From: Calcarisporiella thermophila CBS 279.70
Lineage: Eukaryota; Fungi; Calcarisporiellomycota
Assembly: GCF_041956535.1 (NCBI RefSeq)
Contig: NW_027192205.1
Coordinates: 1-64,000 of the forward strand
Direction: 5' to 3'
Length of the DNA stretch: 64,000 bases
Below are positions 36,403 to 48,147 of the stretch, one piece after another. The translations under genes and the position numbers were made by a program. The notes beneath the pieces are model-generated. The model ran no database searches. It was given only the letters and a program-made list of their open reading frames with translations, and was not told the DNA's origin. Position 1 is the first letter of the stretch. The number at the start of each line of letters is the position of its first letter.

Positions 36403-36542
36403 TTCAAGAGTGGTAGAGCAAGTAAAAATAAAACATAGCCAAACAAGAAAGTCCTTCACGAATATTATGAGAGATCGCAGCAACTCGCCTGCACCGGATG
36501 TTGCCTTGTGGGAGAGGACCGATCCTTCAATACGAGCCTCTC

Positions 36543-37916
36543 TTATTCGTTCGTGTCATCCACGTCTTCGTCTCCGTTAGCTTGGTTGTTCTGGTCAGCT
36601 TGTGACCCTTCTAGTGAGCATTTTACAGGTGTGTGTTGCTTGCCCATCCTCCCCTCCGGCAGCCATTCCTTCATCCATCCAGGATCATTTGCTAGACTCT
36701 CCACTCCGGACTCTACCATCTTAGCCAGCCGTTTACCTACTGAAAAGCACAAGGGCATCCCGCGTCCCGTATAGCCAGCACCCAGCCACTGGCCATCTAG
36801 TCCCGGCATCGGGCCCACAAACGGGAGCTCTGCAGCGGTAAAGCCCATGATTCCCGTCCATTCCATCCTTGCAACTGGCGATATCCCTGGAAAACACGCC
36901 GGGATAAAGTCGCGCAGGAACCGAGACACTGCTGGATTGAGTTCTGTATCGTTGGTGGTCTCTCGGTTGGGGTCAACAACTTTGCCACCCCCCAATATAA
37001 TCATGTGGTCAAACGGGCGTTGCTGGAGGTATTCGTTGCCGCTGTTAAAAATTATCCCATATGGGAACTGCTGCTCGGATAAGTGCTCTGCAACCACCTG
37101 GCCCCTTGTCGGCGTGATGTACGGCCTCATCGATGGCAAAAGGTGGCCAGCCCATGCATTTGTGCAATGCACAACGTGCCGAGTAAGTACGGAACCCCTT
37201 GGTGTAATCACTTTCCACCTGTGTCCGTCGGTAGACTCTGTTTCGACAGAAACAATGCTGGTCACGGGAGTTTCGGTTTGAAGGTTCAGCCTCTGCTTCG
37301 TTACCGCTTCTTCCAGCAGCTTCCACACGAAGTCTGCGGGGTAAAATTGGTATCCAGGCATCTTTCCCGCCCCCACGAAAGCAGACGTCCCAAGCCTGCG
37401 ATAAGTTTCCGTAGCATCCCAGATCTCAGCCCCGTGCGCGACTCCAGCTTGAACGGCCCAGTGGTAATCTGCCACCGCTTCAGAATAGGCCACGGGATCC
37501 GCATACGTGAATACACTCCCATTCTCGACGAGCTCTCCACAATCTAGCTGCTTTGCCTTGGCAACAAGCTCTTGAACTCCCACCTGCTGGACAATGCGCA
37601 CGCGGACAGCGGCATCGTCTCCAAGTCGTCTAGCATCCTCGCGAATGCCGAAAAAGTTGGCGGCGACAAGATGCCCTCCATTACGACTTGTCGCGCCACT
37701 GCATGCCTCGCGAGCTTCAAGCAGCAAAATGGACCCATCGGGATGCTTGGCTGAGAGATGGTAGGCGGCCGAAGCTCCTGTGAGGCCCGAGCCAATCACC
37801 ACCGCAAAAGCTTTGGTAGGAAGCTCTGGAGTACTCCGATGCTTCCACATTTTGGAAGGCTTTTTCACTTGCCAGTAGGACACGGTCGAGTTGGGCAGAG
37901 GAAGTTGGGGATCCAT
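36543..37916 (-). CDS. FAD-dependent oxidoreductase, copy B, C-terminally truncated
   Basis: Near-identical paralog of copy A. An AAA>TAA change stops it early, and GHGM is changed to GRGM. Confidence 0.85.
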   Translation of the reverse strand: MDPQLPLPNSTVSYWQVKKPSKMWKHRSTPELPTKAFAVVIGSGLTGASAAYHLSAKHPDGSILLLEAREACSGATSRNGGHLVAANFFGIREDARRLGDDAAVRVRIVQQVGVQELVAKAKQLDCGELVENGSVFTYADPVAYSEAVADYHWAVQAGVAHGAEIWDATETYRRLGTSAFVGAGKMPGYQFYPADFVWKLLEEAVTKQRLNLQTETPVTSIVSVETESTDGHRWKVITPRGSVLTRHVVHCTNAWAGHLLPSMRPYITPTRGQVVAEHLSEQQFPYGIIFNSGNEYLQQRPFDHMIILGGGKVVDPNRETTNDTELNPAVSRFLRDFIPACFPGISPVARMEWTGIMGFTAAELPFVGPMPGLDGQWLGAGYTGRGMPLCFSVGKRLAKMVESGVESLANDPGWMKEWLPEGRMGKQHTPVKCSLEGSQADQNNQANGDEDVDDTNE

Positions 37917-38491
37917 AGCCGCATACACCTACGCAAATATCCGAGTCGATAATATAAACACTCTATGGTATATGGATTAAGGAGTAAGAGTGCTCAGGAT
38001 AAGAGCAGGAATTCTCGAGAAAAGTACAGTATGAATAAGTGTGGGAATTCTTCGCTTTCTTTTGCTAGTAGCAAATGCGGAATAAAATTAGGAGAAGAGA
38101 TATTGCCACCAATCGTGTTCAATCGCCATATCATGCGACCCCCGAGAACAAAGCAAAATGAAGCTATGGAAGGGAAAGTCGCCCTAATCCAACTAGGTCA
38201 ACAGCTTGGGTTGATGGACAAGATGACTAGGATATCTCCATAGTCTGAATTGAATATCTGGTTGAAAACCTCTCATACTTGAGCTATGGCCCCCGTATCT
38301 TGATCCCTATTTTCCTATGTTTAGAAGAATTACGCTGGAGAAGGGGAGAGGGAAATACTTAAATCCGCTACTTTTCTATCTCAAAAAAGTTTTGGCAGTA
38401 GGGAATGGGGATTACGCAATTACGCTTTAGCAGGATTCGGTGAAAAATGGAATGTATCTATTATTGTAAATAAAAAAATAACAAAGCAAAA

Positions 38492-39635
38492 TCACAAGAA
38501 AAACCGTCGTCGACTCGTCTCCAGCTCCGGCTTCCGCAGCCACTCGTAAGGGGCTTGGTCATCGAACGCCCCTCTCCGTAGCCACTGCAGTTTCAGTGTG
38601 AAGCGAGGCCCAAGCTCCTGTAAATCGACCCGCTTTGTGTCCCGGAACACATAGCGATGCCGCCGGAAGAAGAGGAAGTCGCGCTGGTTGTGGAATGTGC
38701 ACACTTGCCGACCCTGGAACTCGGGGACATGGGGGAAGAGGGATTGGAACATGCGGCCTACTGTGTGGCCTAGTCGGGTGTTGAGGTTGTTGAGGATTAG
38801 CTCAGGGGTATGTGCGCTGGTGCGGCCGTGGTTATCGATGTCTTTGGAAAGTTTGATGGAGGTGAGTTTGAAGTAGGCGGTGGGCCCTTCTGGGAGATGA
38901 ATGAGGGTGAGGCCGTCTGAGGAGGGGTGGGGGCACGGGAGAGTAAACGAGGAGGAGAAGAGAGTTAGCTTTTCATCGAAGCGATTGAAATCAAGGCAAT
39001 CTCTTACTTGGTACTTTTCGGTCTTCGTTTATGATGATGATATCCGTGAAATCTCTGTTCTTGCAGAACTCGACAATCTGTTTTACCTCAAACCGGGTGC
39101 CCCGCTTCACGAACTGGGCATTCGGGAAGATGTCGACCAGCTCAGCGGCGAAATCATAGCATCCCTAAGTACGGCCATGAGAAGTCAAAATGCCTACGCA
39201 TTGACATCCCGGTATAAGCCTGAAAACTTACCGCGCTAACGTTTTTACTTGTTGTGATCAAAATCTTTGGAGCTGCCCCATTGAAGTATTGTGCGAATTC
39301 ATCGGTGGCCTCGTCTTCTGCAACCTCCTCGTCTGCCTCCTCCACCACTGTCTCATCAAATTCCCGAGTGTTTTCAAGCGTCTTGGGCACGTTATTTTTA
39401 AGCCGCTCCTATCGCATCGAGAGCAATGTTAGATTGTGCACTGCTGGCGGGAGCCGTGCAGAGAGCCGCGATCTCTTTCCCCTACCTCTAATAAACTCGG
39501 ATCTTGCTCCTCTTCTTTTTTCCGCTGCTTCCTCATCTCCCGTTTTTCCCGTGCCTTCTCCGCCTTGAGGCGCTGATACACCTCCTCCCGCTTCATCTTG
39601 TTTTTTATGCTGGTCACCTTGCTAGTCTCTGACAT
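38492..39635 (-). CDS. RPF1: Brix-domain ribosome biogenesis factor RPF1
   Basis: [60 protein letters not shown] and [12 protein letters not shown]. Three introns. Confidence 0.94.
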
Positions 39636-40137
39636 GGTGTAGGGTGCGATGGTTGGGAATGGGCGAGCTATATGGAAAACGGTGTGACTGAGAAATCGGG
39701 CACAACAAAAAGTAAATATGTGACTTGCATTCGGTATATACTTTTTGTATTTTGATACAACCAACCTCGTGGAAGGCTGTAAGAAGATAAAATAAAAGCC
39801 CAAAATAAAGGAAAATAAAATAAAAGAGATAATTAAAAAGACACTTAGTAGACAGGTTGATTAAATAAATATGTATAAGTAACGTTGAACGTGACGTAGC
39901 AGGGGATGAAGGAGGAGGAGGGAGAAGGGGGGAAAGTGGCAGCAATGACCCAATAGTTTCAAACTTCAAAACAACCTAGAGTAAATAAAAATGGAGAGAA
40001 ATATGCTATCTACATGGGAAAAAAAAAAATAGAATCAAGATGAACATTGAACACCAAAAATCATGTCGATGAGAACATAGAAAATAAATAGCGGAGGAGC
40101 CGGCCTCTCTCTCCCCTCCCCTCCCCTCCCCCCGCCA

Positions 40138-41593
40138 CTAAGAGGCCCTCGATGGCCTCAAAGCCTCAATGTCATCGCCTTGCTCCATTCGCTCCTTTGC
40201 CTTGGAGCTTCTCAGCATATCCTTAAACCAAGCGGGGCCATGGACGACCATATTCTGGCTTCGATATGTCCGCGGTCGGAGGGGAGACATGGGCGGCACC
40301 GGCGGGGGAGCCGACGGGGTTTTGCTGTTCATGCTGTGGTCGGGGATGGGCGGCAGGGACTGCGAGGGTGGAGGAGAAGATGAGGAGAGGGAGGGAGGTA
40401 TTGGGGGAGGAGGCCGAATGTGAGGCCGCAGACGCGGCGATGCATAGGAATCCGGGCTCCCATTGATTGGAGACGGCGTGCGCACGCTGGCAAAGCGGGG
40501 GTCGTTGGCCTCCAGCTCGGCGGGAGCGCTGATCCGGTTGGCGCTAAAATGGTGATCCCCGCTGCTGCCGACGGTGAACACAGGAGGAACCCGAGGCTTC
40601 GTCACTCGGAGAGAAGTGGGGCGCAGGATCGGCTCGTGCTGCACTCTCGGCGAAGGGCCGCGGGGAGCCGGCTTGATGGAGTTCTCTATGTCTAAGGGGT
40701 TGGCGATGGGCTCTGCAGACTTGCCCTCCTTCTCGTCCGCCTGGGTCGCATCGAGTTCCGAGCTCGAGGGTAGCGAGCGCACCTCCTCCGAGAGGGGAGA
40801 GGAGACGGGCGAGAACGACAGCGGAGGGGGGGACTTTGGCTCTCGCTTCGCTGCGATATGCGACTTCTGCCTCAAAGGGGCCTGTCGCAGCCAGGCGCTT
40901 TTGGATCCGGCTTCCCCTCCATTACGATCATCGCCAAGCCCCTCTGACGTGCCTGAAAATCTTTTCCCGCATGCCGACCCGCTGCGTATTCTCCGTGGGG
41001 GATTGCTCGGAGGGCGCGATGTAGAGCTGTGCATACTTGGGCGCCGGGGGAATGGCAGCTGCTGGAGTGGCTCCTGAGCGGAGGGGGTGGAATGGGTGGG
41101 CGAGCTCGCCGCGGACATCGAGTGATGCTTGTCGGAGGCGAGATCGCCAGTGGGAGAGGTATGGGCTCTAGAGAAGGGGGGGGGCGGAGGGGGCCAGAAG
41201 GGAACTTGGCGGAGGGGAGCTGGAGGGAGTCGAGTGATTGCAGACGAGCTCTTCGGTGGAACGAGCCTGGCGCAATAGCAGGCGAGTCAGGCCATGAGGC
41301 CAGGAATGCTCGTGCAAGTGGCGTTGTTGCGGATGCGGGTGGAGTGGTGATGGGTGCTGCTGCTGCTGCTGTTGTTGTAGTTGTTGATTGGGATGGTGCA
41401 GCCGTAGCGGCTGTGAAGAAGAAGAATGGTGCTCTTTCGATGTGGAATGCCATGGTCGCCAGGCGCGCTTGTGCTCCTGCTTTCGATCCAGGGAGTCGGG
41501 GCCGTCGGGACTCTCCACGGAGGGATGGTCGTCGCCATGGGGAGGGTCGGACGATTTGGACGAGATTCGGCCGAGCACCGTCGATTTTTTCAT
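40138..41593 (-). CDS. Hypothetical Pro/Ser/Gln-rich disordered protein, split by a frameshift at a C9 run
   Basis: ORF 41593-41168 (poly-Q) and ORF 41118-40138 join into one frame if the G9 run at 41176-41184 has one fewer base. Confidence 0.55.
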
Positions 41594-42901
41594 TTCCAAA
41601 AATCCTCGCGGAAGGAATGCAGAGCCGGGCTCACTTTTTATGGGACAGGCTTGAGCGGTTTGTTTGTTAGCTTGTTTTCACTTTCACAGAACTCGCGTGG
41701 AGCTCTGCGTCTCGCCTCCTTTTAGACAAGATTTTCCTCGAAGAGCCCGACCTTCGCTAGGGTGAAATACGGCGCAGCAGCCTTCCACAGCTTAGTATTT
41801 CCACGATCGAGTCAGATGCCGAGGACTCCCAATCATCTCGGGCCGCCAAACCTCTTAAATGAGGCGATTGCTCCTGCGCGGGGGGGCTTGAGTCGGTTTC
41901 GCCTGCCTTGTGCGCGCTAGGGGTCTCCAGGCCACATGGTCGCTAGGGGCCGCTGCCGCAGCAGCCCGCGTGCCCTCTCCGGGGAGAGGGGCCAGGGGAG
42001 AGGCTCTACCGTGTGTAGCATCCTCCCCCTCCTCTGTGCTCCACAAGCTCGCCAACAATTTATCGTCTTTATTACGCATATTGCCCTCTGGCGAATCGCA
42101 GCCCGCGCTCTCGCCATTATTATTCAGCATCAATTTCGCTTGTAGCCATGAGGCCATATTTGTCACGCCGGGCGAAGATAGGGGATAAACCCGCTTGTGC
42201 GCTCTCGGGCGCTGACTCCGGCCCTCCCCCCCTCGCGCTAGTCTCAGGAGGGAAGGGCCTGCTGGGCCCAACTGGCCAATTTCCGCCGCCCACCCCACAG
42301 TGGGCCCTGAGTCGGGAAACGGGAGCTGCGCACAGCGTCGCAGTTTCCCTCTGCGATTCCTCCTCAATTGCCGTGGCTGGAAAAAAAATCTCGTGGCTGT
42401 AGAGATTTGTCGGTTTCTTCTTGTGTTTCTATCCTCGTTTCTTTTTTTTTTGGTGGTGGTGTCCTTCTGATCCTTGTTATCTCTCGCCTTTGCTCACTCA
42501 TCTTGGCTCCCATTGTTCTAGTAAATTAATCATTAATACTCGTATATGATAATTAATCTAATGGTTTGGATCTATTAAGGTAATGTTAATGCTTAAAGAC
42601 CAAGCGCTTGTGATTGCTTAAAATAGATGCTAACCAGCACATTAGGTGTCAGACGGTGGACAAACATTTATGTAATCATATTGATCCAATAATTTATATT
42701 ATCTCGCCTCGCTATACTACTCCCTTATTTTCGCCATCGGTAGGCTATCCCCCTTGCCCCTCTCCATTCAATCAGCATCCCCCTCTTCGTGGCTCTCCAT
42801 CTGCCCACATATTGATGCCCTCTGTTTTTTTTTGCAAGATTATCGCTGTAGCCAATAACCTCATCGAGTCATCTCTCCCCAGTCGACTCCTATAGATTTG
42901 A

Positions 42902-44965
42902 ATGGGTCTTTCCATGCAATCGCATGCGTCAACCACGGTGCGGCACGGTGACACCCCACCCACCCCCACCGCCGCCTCTCAGCAAGATCCCCAGCACATG
43001 TGCTCGGTGCGCCTCCCCCCCATCACGGTCTTGTCGCCGTCCACAACCTCGCCCACCCTGCCCTCAGATCAGTTATCAAAGCCAATCTTACCCCATCTCT
43101 CGCAGTACTCCCTCTCCCTCTCCTACTCCTCACAGCCGCACTCGAACCGCTTCCCCCCCGTCTCGGCGGACCACTTTTCTCCCACCACCGAGAAGCAGCG
43201 AGCGCTCCCCTCCAAGCAAGTCAACGAGCGCAATCTTTCCCAGGCCTACATCAGCTTCATACTCTTCTGCAACCCCACATGCCCGACCGATGTAGACACG
43301 GGCCCGCTGGTGCGCAGCTTTTTCGCGGTGCCGCGGAGCGATGGCAAGCAATTCCATCCTTGGACCCTCTTTTGCCTATGCAAAAAAATGCACGAGGGCG
43401 AGATCAAGAGCTGGGTGCGACTGGCGATCGAGCTGGGCGTGGAGCGAACCGATGAACAGAGCCCCCAGAAGATCCAGCAATATGCCGTGCGGTTAAAGGT
43501 ATCTACTCCTCCTCTTGTGCTCATTATGTTTATCCACACGCTGCCATCCGCGTGATGCCACAATAGAGAGATAATCAAAAAGTAGTGGCATCCCCAATGG
43601 CTCCACCCCCACGGTGCGATTGCGTGCCCCTCTATAAGTCCCTCACTAATCTTTCCCACCCGACTTCTTTTTCTACACGCTTTCCAGCGATGGATGCGCT
43701 CGCTGCACGTGGACGCATTTTTCGACTATCTCCTCGATGTGCCCAACCCCTATTACATGCACGACCCCTCCGCCACCAACACCCCCTCTACGCCCGCCTC
43801 CGCCACCCTCAACGACCATCCCGCCAGCAACCTCAACAGCAGTCTGTCCGCAACCAACCCCTCCGCTTTAGAGGAGGCCGCACAAAACGCAGAGTGCGAC
43901 GAAGAGGAGGACCAGGTGGTGAAACTGCTGCTGCTGCAGGGGCCCCAGCGGAAAAAGCGGAAGGTGGCGGGGGGAGGCGGGGGGAGTCGGCGGGGAAGCG
44001 GAAACCAAGGCCCCGAGGAGAGGAGGGATGAAGACGGCGCGGAGGAGTCGAGGGATGGAGACTCCACGTTGAAGAACGGGCGACGGCCCTCGACGGAGGA
44101 GCCCGTGATGAAAAGCCCCCTGACCACCACCTCTCAATCCCCGGGCACCCTCGTATCCAACGCGGCCGGCGGCGATCGCAAGGACCACTATGGTGAGTTC
44201 GGCGGCACCCCCCAGGCCATGCAGGACGCCTCCTCCCCCATCTCGTGCCTCGCTTCGCGCCACGCCATGTCCCACTTGCCTAGACACAGTATCCCCCAAG
44301 ACCACCACAACCAGTACCCACAGCCCCATGCCCAGCAACAGAGTAATCAGCGGGAGCCGCTACGACGATGGTCGGACGACTCCTGGCGGGACCCCTGGCA
44401 GGCACGCAAGCCCTCCGATGCCGGCGAGTGGCGGCGGACCGAGGACGACTCGGCCACCACGGGCGGCAGCTATGCGGGGGGAGCCGGAAGCGGCGACTTC
44501 TTGCGACGGCCGTCCGTGATGATTGCCCCCACCCCCGCCATCACCTTCAACACCGCCACCTCTCCCGTCTCGGCGTTCACGCCGCTCGGCGGAGGCAAGT
44601 CTGGATCCGCCCCGGACCAGGGGCAAAGGCTCCCCAGCGGTTCTTTTCCGGCCCGCAGCGACGGAGAGGGCGCCCCCTCCTCCCAACCCCACCCCTCTCA
44701 AACGGCCTCGGCCATCGCCGCCTCATTGCCCCCCTTGTCCGCCCACTCGCCGCAGCTCAATCCCGCCCTTCAGCCCAAATCCTCCGACACCCAGGAGATC
44801 CGCGTGCTCAAGGCCCAGTTGACGGACCGGATCAAGGAGATCACCGAGAAGGACCGGCTGATCGAGGTGCTGGCCCGTAGTCTGGAGGAGAAGGAGCAAG
44901 TGCTCGAGGGGCTGCGCAGAGTGCGGCAACAAGTGCTGGACGTGCTACTCAAAGACAAGATATGA
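42902..44965 (+). CDS. abp2: ARS-binding protein 2 (Abp2) domain protein
   Basis: AYISFILFCNP, PRSDGKQF, EIKSWVRLAIELGVE and QKIQQYAVRLK|RWMRSLHVDAFFDYL across one intron. C-terminal coiled coil. Confidence 0.85.
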
Positions 44966-46039
44966 GCCTCCCCTCGCTCCCCTCCCCCCTCCCCCGCCTC
45001 CCCCCCTTTCCCTCCCTCTTTGGCTACCCATCTCTCATTGCTGGCTCGTGTCACGTGGACTCTCGAGTTTCGAATTAGGTGTATAACCTCTTTCTGTGCT
45101 TTTCAAAAAAATATCAGGGGGCTGTCGTTTGTTGTGTTTTGTTTGTGTTTTTTTCTTTCTCACTCTCTCTGTCTGTCCATCTGTCTGTTTGTTTGTTTTT
45201 TATTTCTCCTCCCCTTTTACTCTCTGTATTTTAACTCTTTTCTCTTTTAAACTCTCGTATCTTCTAATCCCCTCTCTATTAATATGGTTTGTCTCTCCAA
45301 AAGTTATTTGTTTTGTGTCTCTAGAGGAAAACAATACACGTCTATATTCCTCTGCAAAATGGTTTGGATAATTAAAAAAAAAACCCCAAAGAACCAAGAG
45401 AATTGGAGTGATCGCGTTGTCAAAGAGTGGCTAACCTACCAAAGCTACTGTAAACTGGAACAGACTTGGGACCTAGTACAAGGAGGAACCCGGGCAACGG
45501 GGCGAGACAACGGGAAAATTAGAGAAGGGGCCAGCGCTGTGGATGGTAATACCATTGAGAGGCTCTAGACCATGGCTCAAGCCGGCAAGGCCACGTAGTA
45601 TTTTCTGTGATCGTAGGCAATTGGGGATTGAATAATCGATGCGAGAGAAGAGGCAAGAAGTGGCACGCTTTTCTGATTACCGTGTGGCACAAGCAACGAC
45701 AAGCAGCACTGACTCATGGGCAGGGGTAGGTGCGGCACGGTCTAGGTTAGCTGGCAGGGCTCGAAGCCAGTTGACCTTCGATTTGATACATGGCTGCACC
45801 GACTGAGTAGGTAAAGTAGTTAATAGCAGGAAGAAATGAAAGACCTCCTCCTTCCAGAGGAATCAGGACTGAGTCTAAGCAGTCGTTAAGGATGAATAGA
45901 GTACCGTAGGCTTGAGAATGCTTCGAGAACAGACTTCAACAGAGTAGCAAAATAAAAGGAGAGGTTAAGACACTCTCGTTCTCGGAGGTGACTAGAAACA
46001 ACCCCATCAACTATTGCCCAGGTCTATTCAACGTCATCA

Positions 46040-47660
46040 GGGATGACTTTATCTGGAGGACAGCCATTGATGCGTTTCCCATTATAGAGCTTTCAAAATC
46101 AACTGACCCCATTTAATGACTAAGGGTGGTAGACAGCGTGTTGCCGGAGAGGAGTGGAGTCAGTGCCAGCCCGCGAGTCAGGAGTCAACACCGCCTCCTG
46201 GTCGTCCGATGGATCCACCACCAGCCATATCCCTTGCTCTGCAGCGCGCTTGGTCGCGCATGCGGAGCACTCCCCCGTGTGCTTCAGATAGATAGAGAGG
46301 CCAGTGTCCAAGGCTAGATGCTCTGCCACCACTCTCCATGTGGTGGAATGATGCTCAAGCAAGTACACCGGCTGTACTCCTCCGCACAACAAATGATCGA
46401 TCATCGCCCGACCCGTCAACTAGGCGTACGGGCCAGTGCTGGTCAGCACCTCCCCGTGGATGCAGCTGTATCCGCTCAGGATTCGGCCACCTCCACAGGA
46501 GCGCCCAAGGATTAGACTGGCATCACCAATCGCTATCTTGAGAGCTCCGCTGTCAAGGTACTCATAAGGGCACTCAGTGGCCTTTGGCCAAGGCTTGACA
46601 ACACTCTTAGAGTCCCATGGCCTCGCCGCCATAAGAAGCTGTAGGTCCGGCAGACTTTTGACACAATGGGGCACTACCTCCGTCTTTACCCATGTTTCAA
46701 TTAGGACGCTGCCGGGCTCATGCTGCAGCATAAAGCCGCCCGCATCCTCCTGGACATCAGCCGCTTCCGAGGCCGGTGGAGCGCTTCCAACAGCCTGATC
46801 GAGCTTATTGGCCGAGACAGCGGCTTCCCATAGGTCTGGCAAATGCGAACGCGGCGCTCCATGAAATAATCGCTCTGCGAGCTGTAAGTTTAAGGCGACG
46901 AGCCAATCGCTATCCTGCCTCCGTGCAGTATACGTCCACTGAACCTGAAATGCGCCCACCGGCCCAAGACACAAGGCTAATTCCTCGGCCACTCTGTCAG
47001 GGGAAGGGAGGCGAGGGTCCTATCTATGGCGACATGCACTACCTCTCCGCTTTCCAGCAGCACGGTAGCCTCCCCTCTCTCTCCAGTGCATAAGCCGGGC
47101 TGTTGGAGCAACCAGTTGGCCCTGGCTTGAATCGCTCTTGTGCTAATCGTCAGAATGCGCTGTTTCTCCATGGCCTTCATGGATGTGTTGCCGAAGAGTT
47201 ATATGGGCTGTCTCTGCGTGTTTGTCAAGCTTGCAATAAGTCGAATAGGTATCAGATAGTGGGTGGCGAGAGCCACCTGACAGCAGTGGAGAAGGGGTTG
47301 GAGTTCCTGTTTGAGCACGACCTCCGCGTGGCTTGCATAAACGGAAAGGTGGTATATTAAACACAAGCTTAATATGGAACAGAATTCTCTCTTGGGACGG
47401 AGGGCCATATTAGAAAAGCCTACGTGGCCCCTGGGAAAGCGGCATGCTATTAGGGCCCATGGATCCATCCATGCTCATTTTTCATCCCAATGGCAGGTTG
47501 GCTTGCTACTTTTAATCCAAGAATGCATTGGGGTAGAGTCACTCGCCTCATCCGTGATATTAAGCCGTGTTTGGAGTCCTCCCATTTATTCATTCCACGC
47601 CGTTAAGTGCACTCCTTGCTGTTGCGCGTTTCCAATGTACCCAAGGCCTATTTGAATTGC
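46040..47660 (-). mobile_element. Decayed, 5'-truncated non-LTR retrotransposon (L1/Tx1-like ORF2 C-terminal half)
   Basis: Interrupted motifs in the expected order: QFK*ALG (FKYLG-like), RRVTLPNAFL, PWALIACRFPRGHVGFSN (W..I..P...GG.G-like), TWRVVAEHLAL...ECSAC (zinc-knuckle start). Many stops and frameshifts. Confidence 0.55.
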
Positions 47661-48147
47661 TTTAGTATAACTTGACAAGGTGGGGGACATGGATCCTCTG
47701 TAAGTAACAAAACCAATATACGATGGCGGCTTCAAAATAATAGATATTTTCACAAACTAGGTGGAATCCAAAAAAAAAGGGCAACGTGCAAAAAAAAAGG
47801 GGGGGGGGGGGGAAGGGAGAGTATGATGGGAGAGAGAGAGAAAGAAATAAAGATAATACTACTCGATGGAAAAAGAAAATTGCATATAAAACAGAAAATA
47901 GAATATATATATATAATAGGAAAAAAAAAATCCATAACACAGGAAAGATAAAAAGGCAAGGAAGAACAAGGAAAAGAAATGGAATAGAGATGAGAGGTCA
48001 GGAGAATGCCATGAAGAGATAAGTCAAATTAAAGGGGGGAGGGGGGGAACCAGAAGAAAAATTACTTTCAATATACGGAAAACCTAAAATATAAAAACAG
48101 AATTGTATTTCACCACCGATGGAAAAGCCATTTTTATAACATATCCT

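Larger units (their letters stand above)
33925..38935. repeat. Tandem segmental duplication, two units of about 2.5 kb (oxidoreductase, intergenic region, RPF1 last exon)
   Basis: 33925-36405 aligns colinearly with about 36405-38935 across the coding, promoter and RPF1 3' sequences. Confidence 0.92.

Noticed and set aside
35958-36545. Oxidoreductase B to RPF1-fragment readthrough fusion (same strand and frame)
   Set aside because: Three stops intervene (36543, 36465, 36456), and frame agreement has a one-in-three chance.
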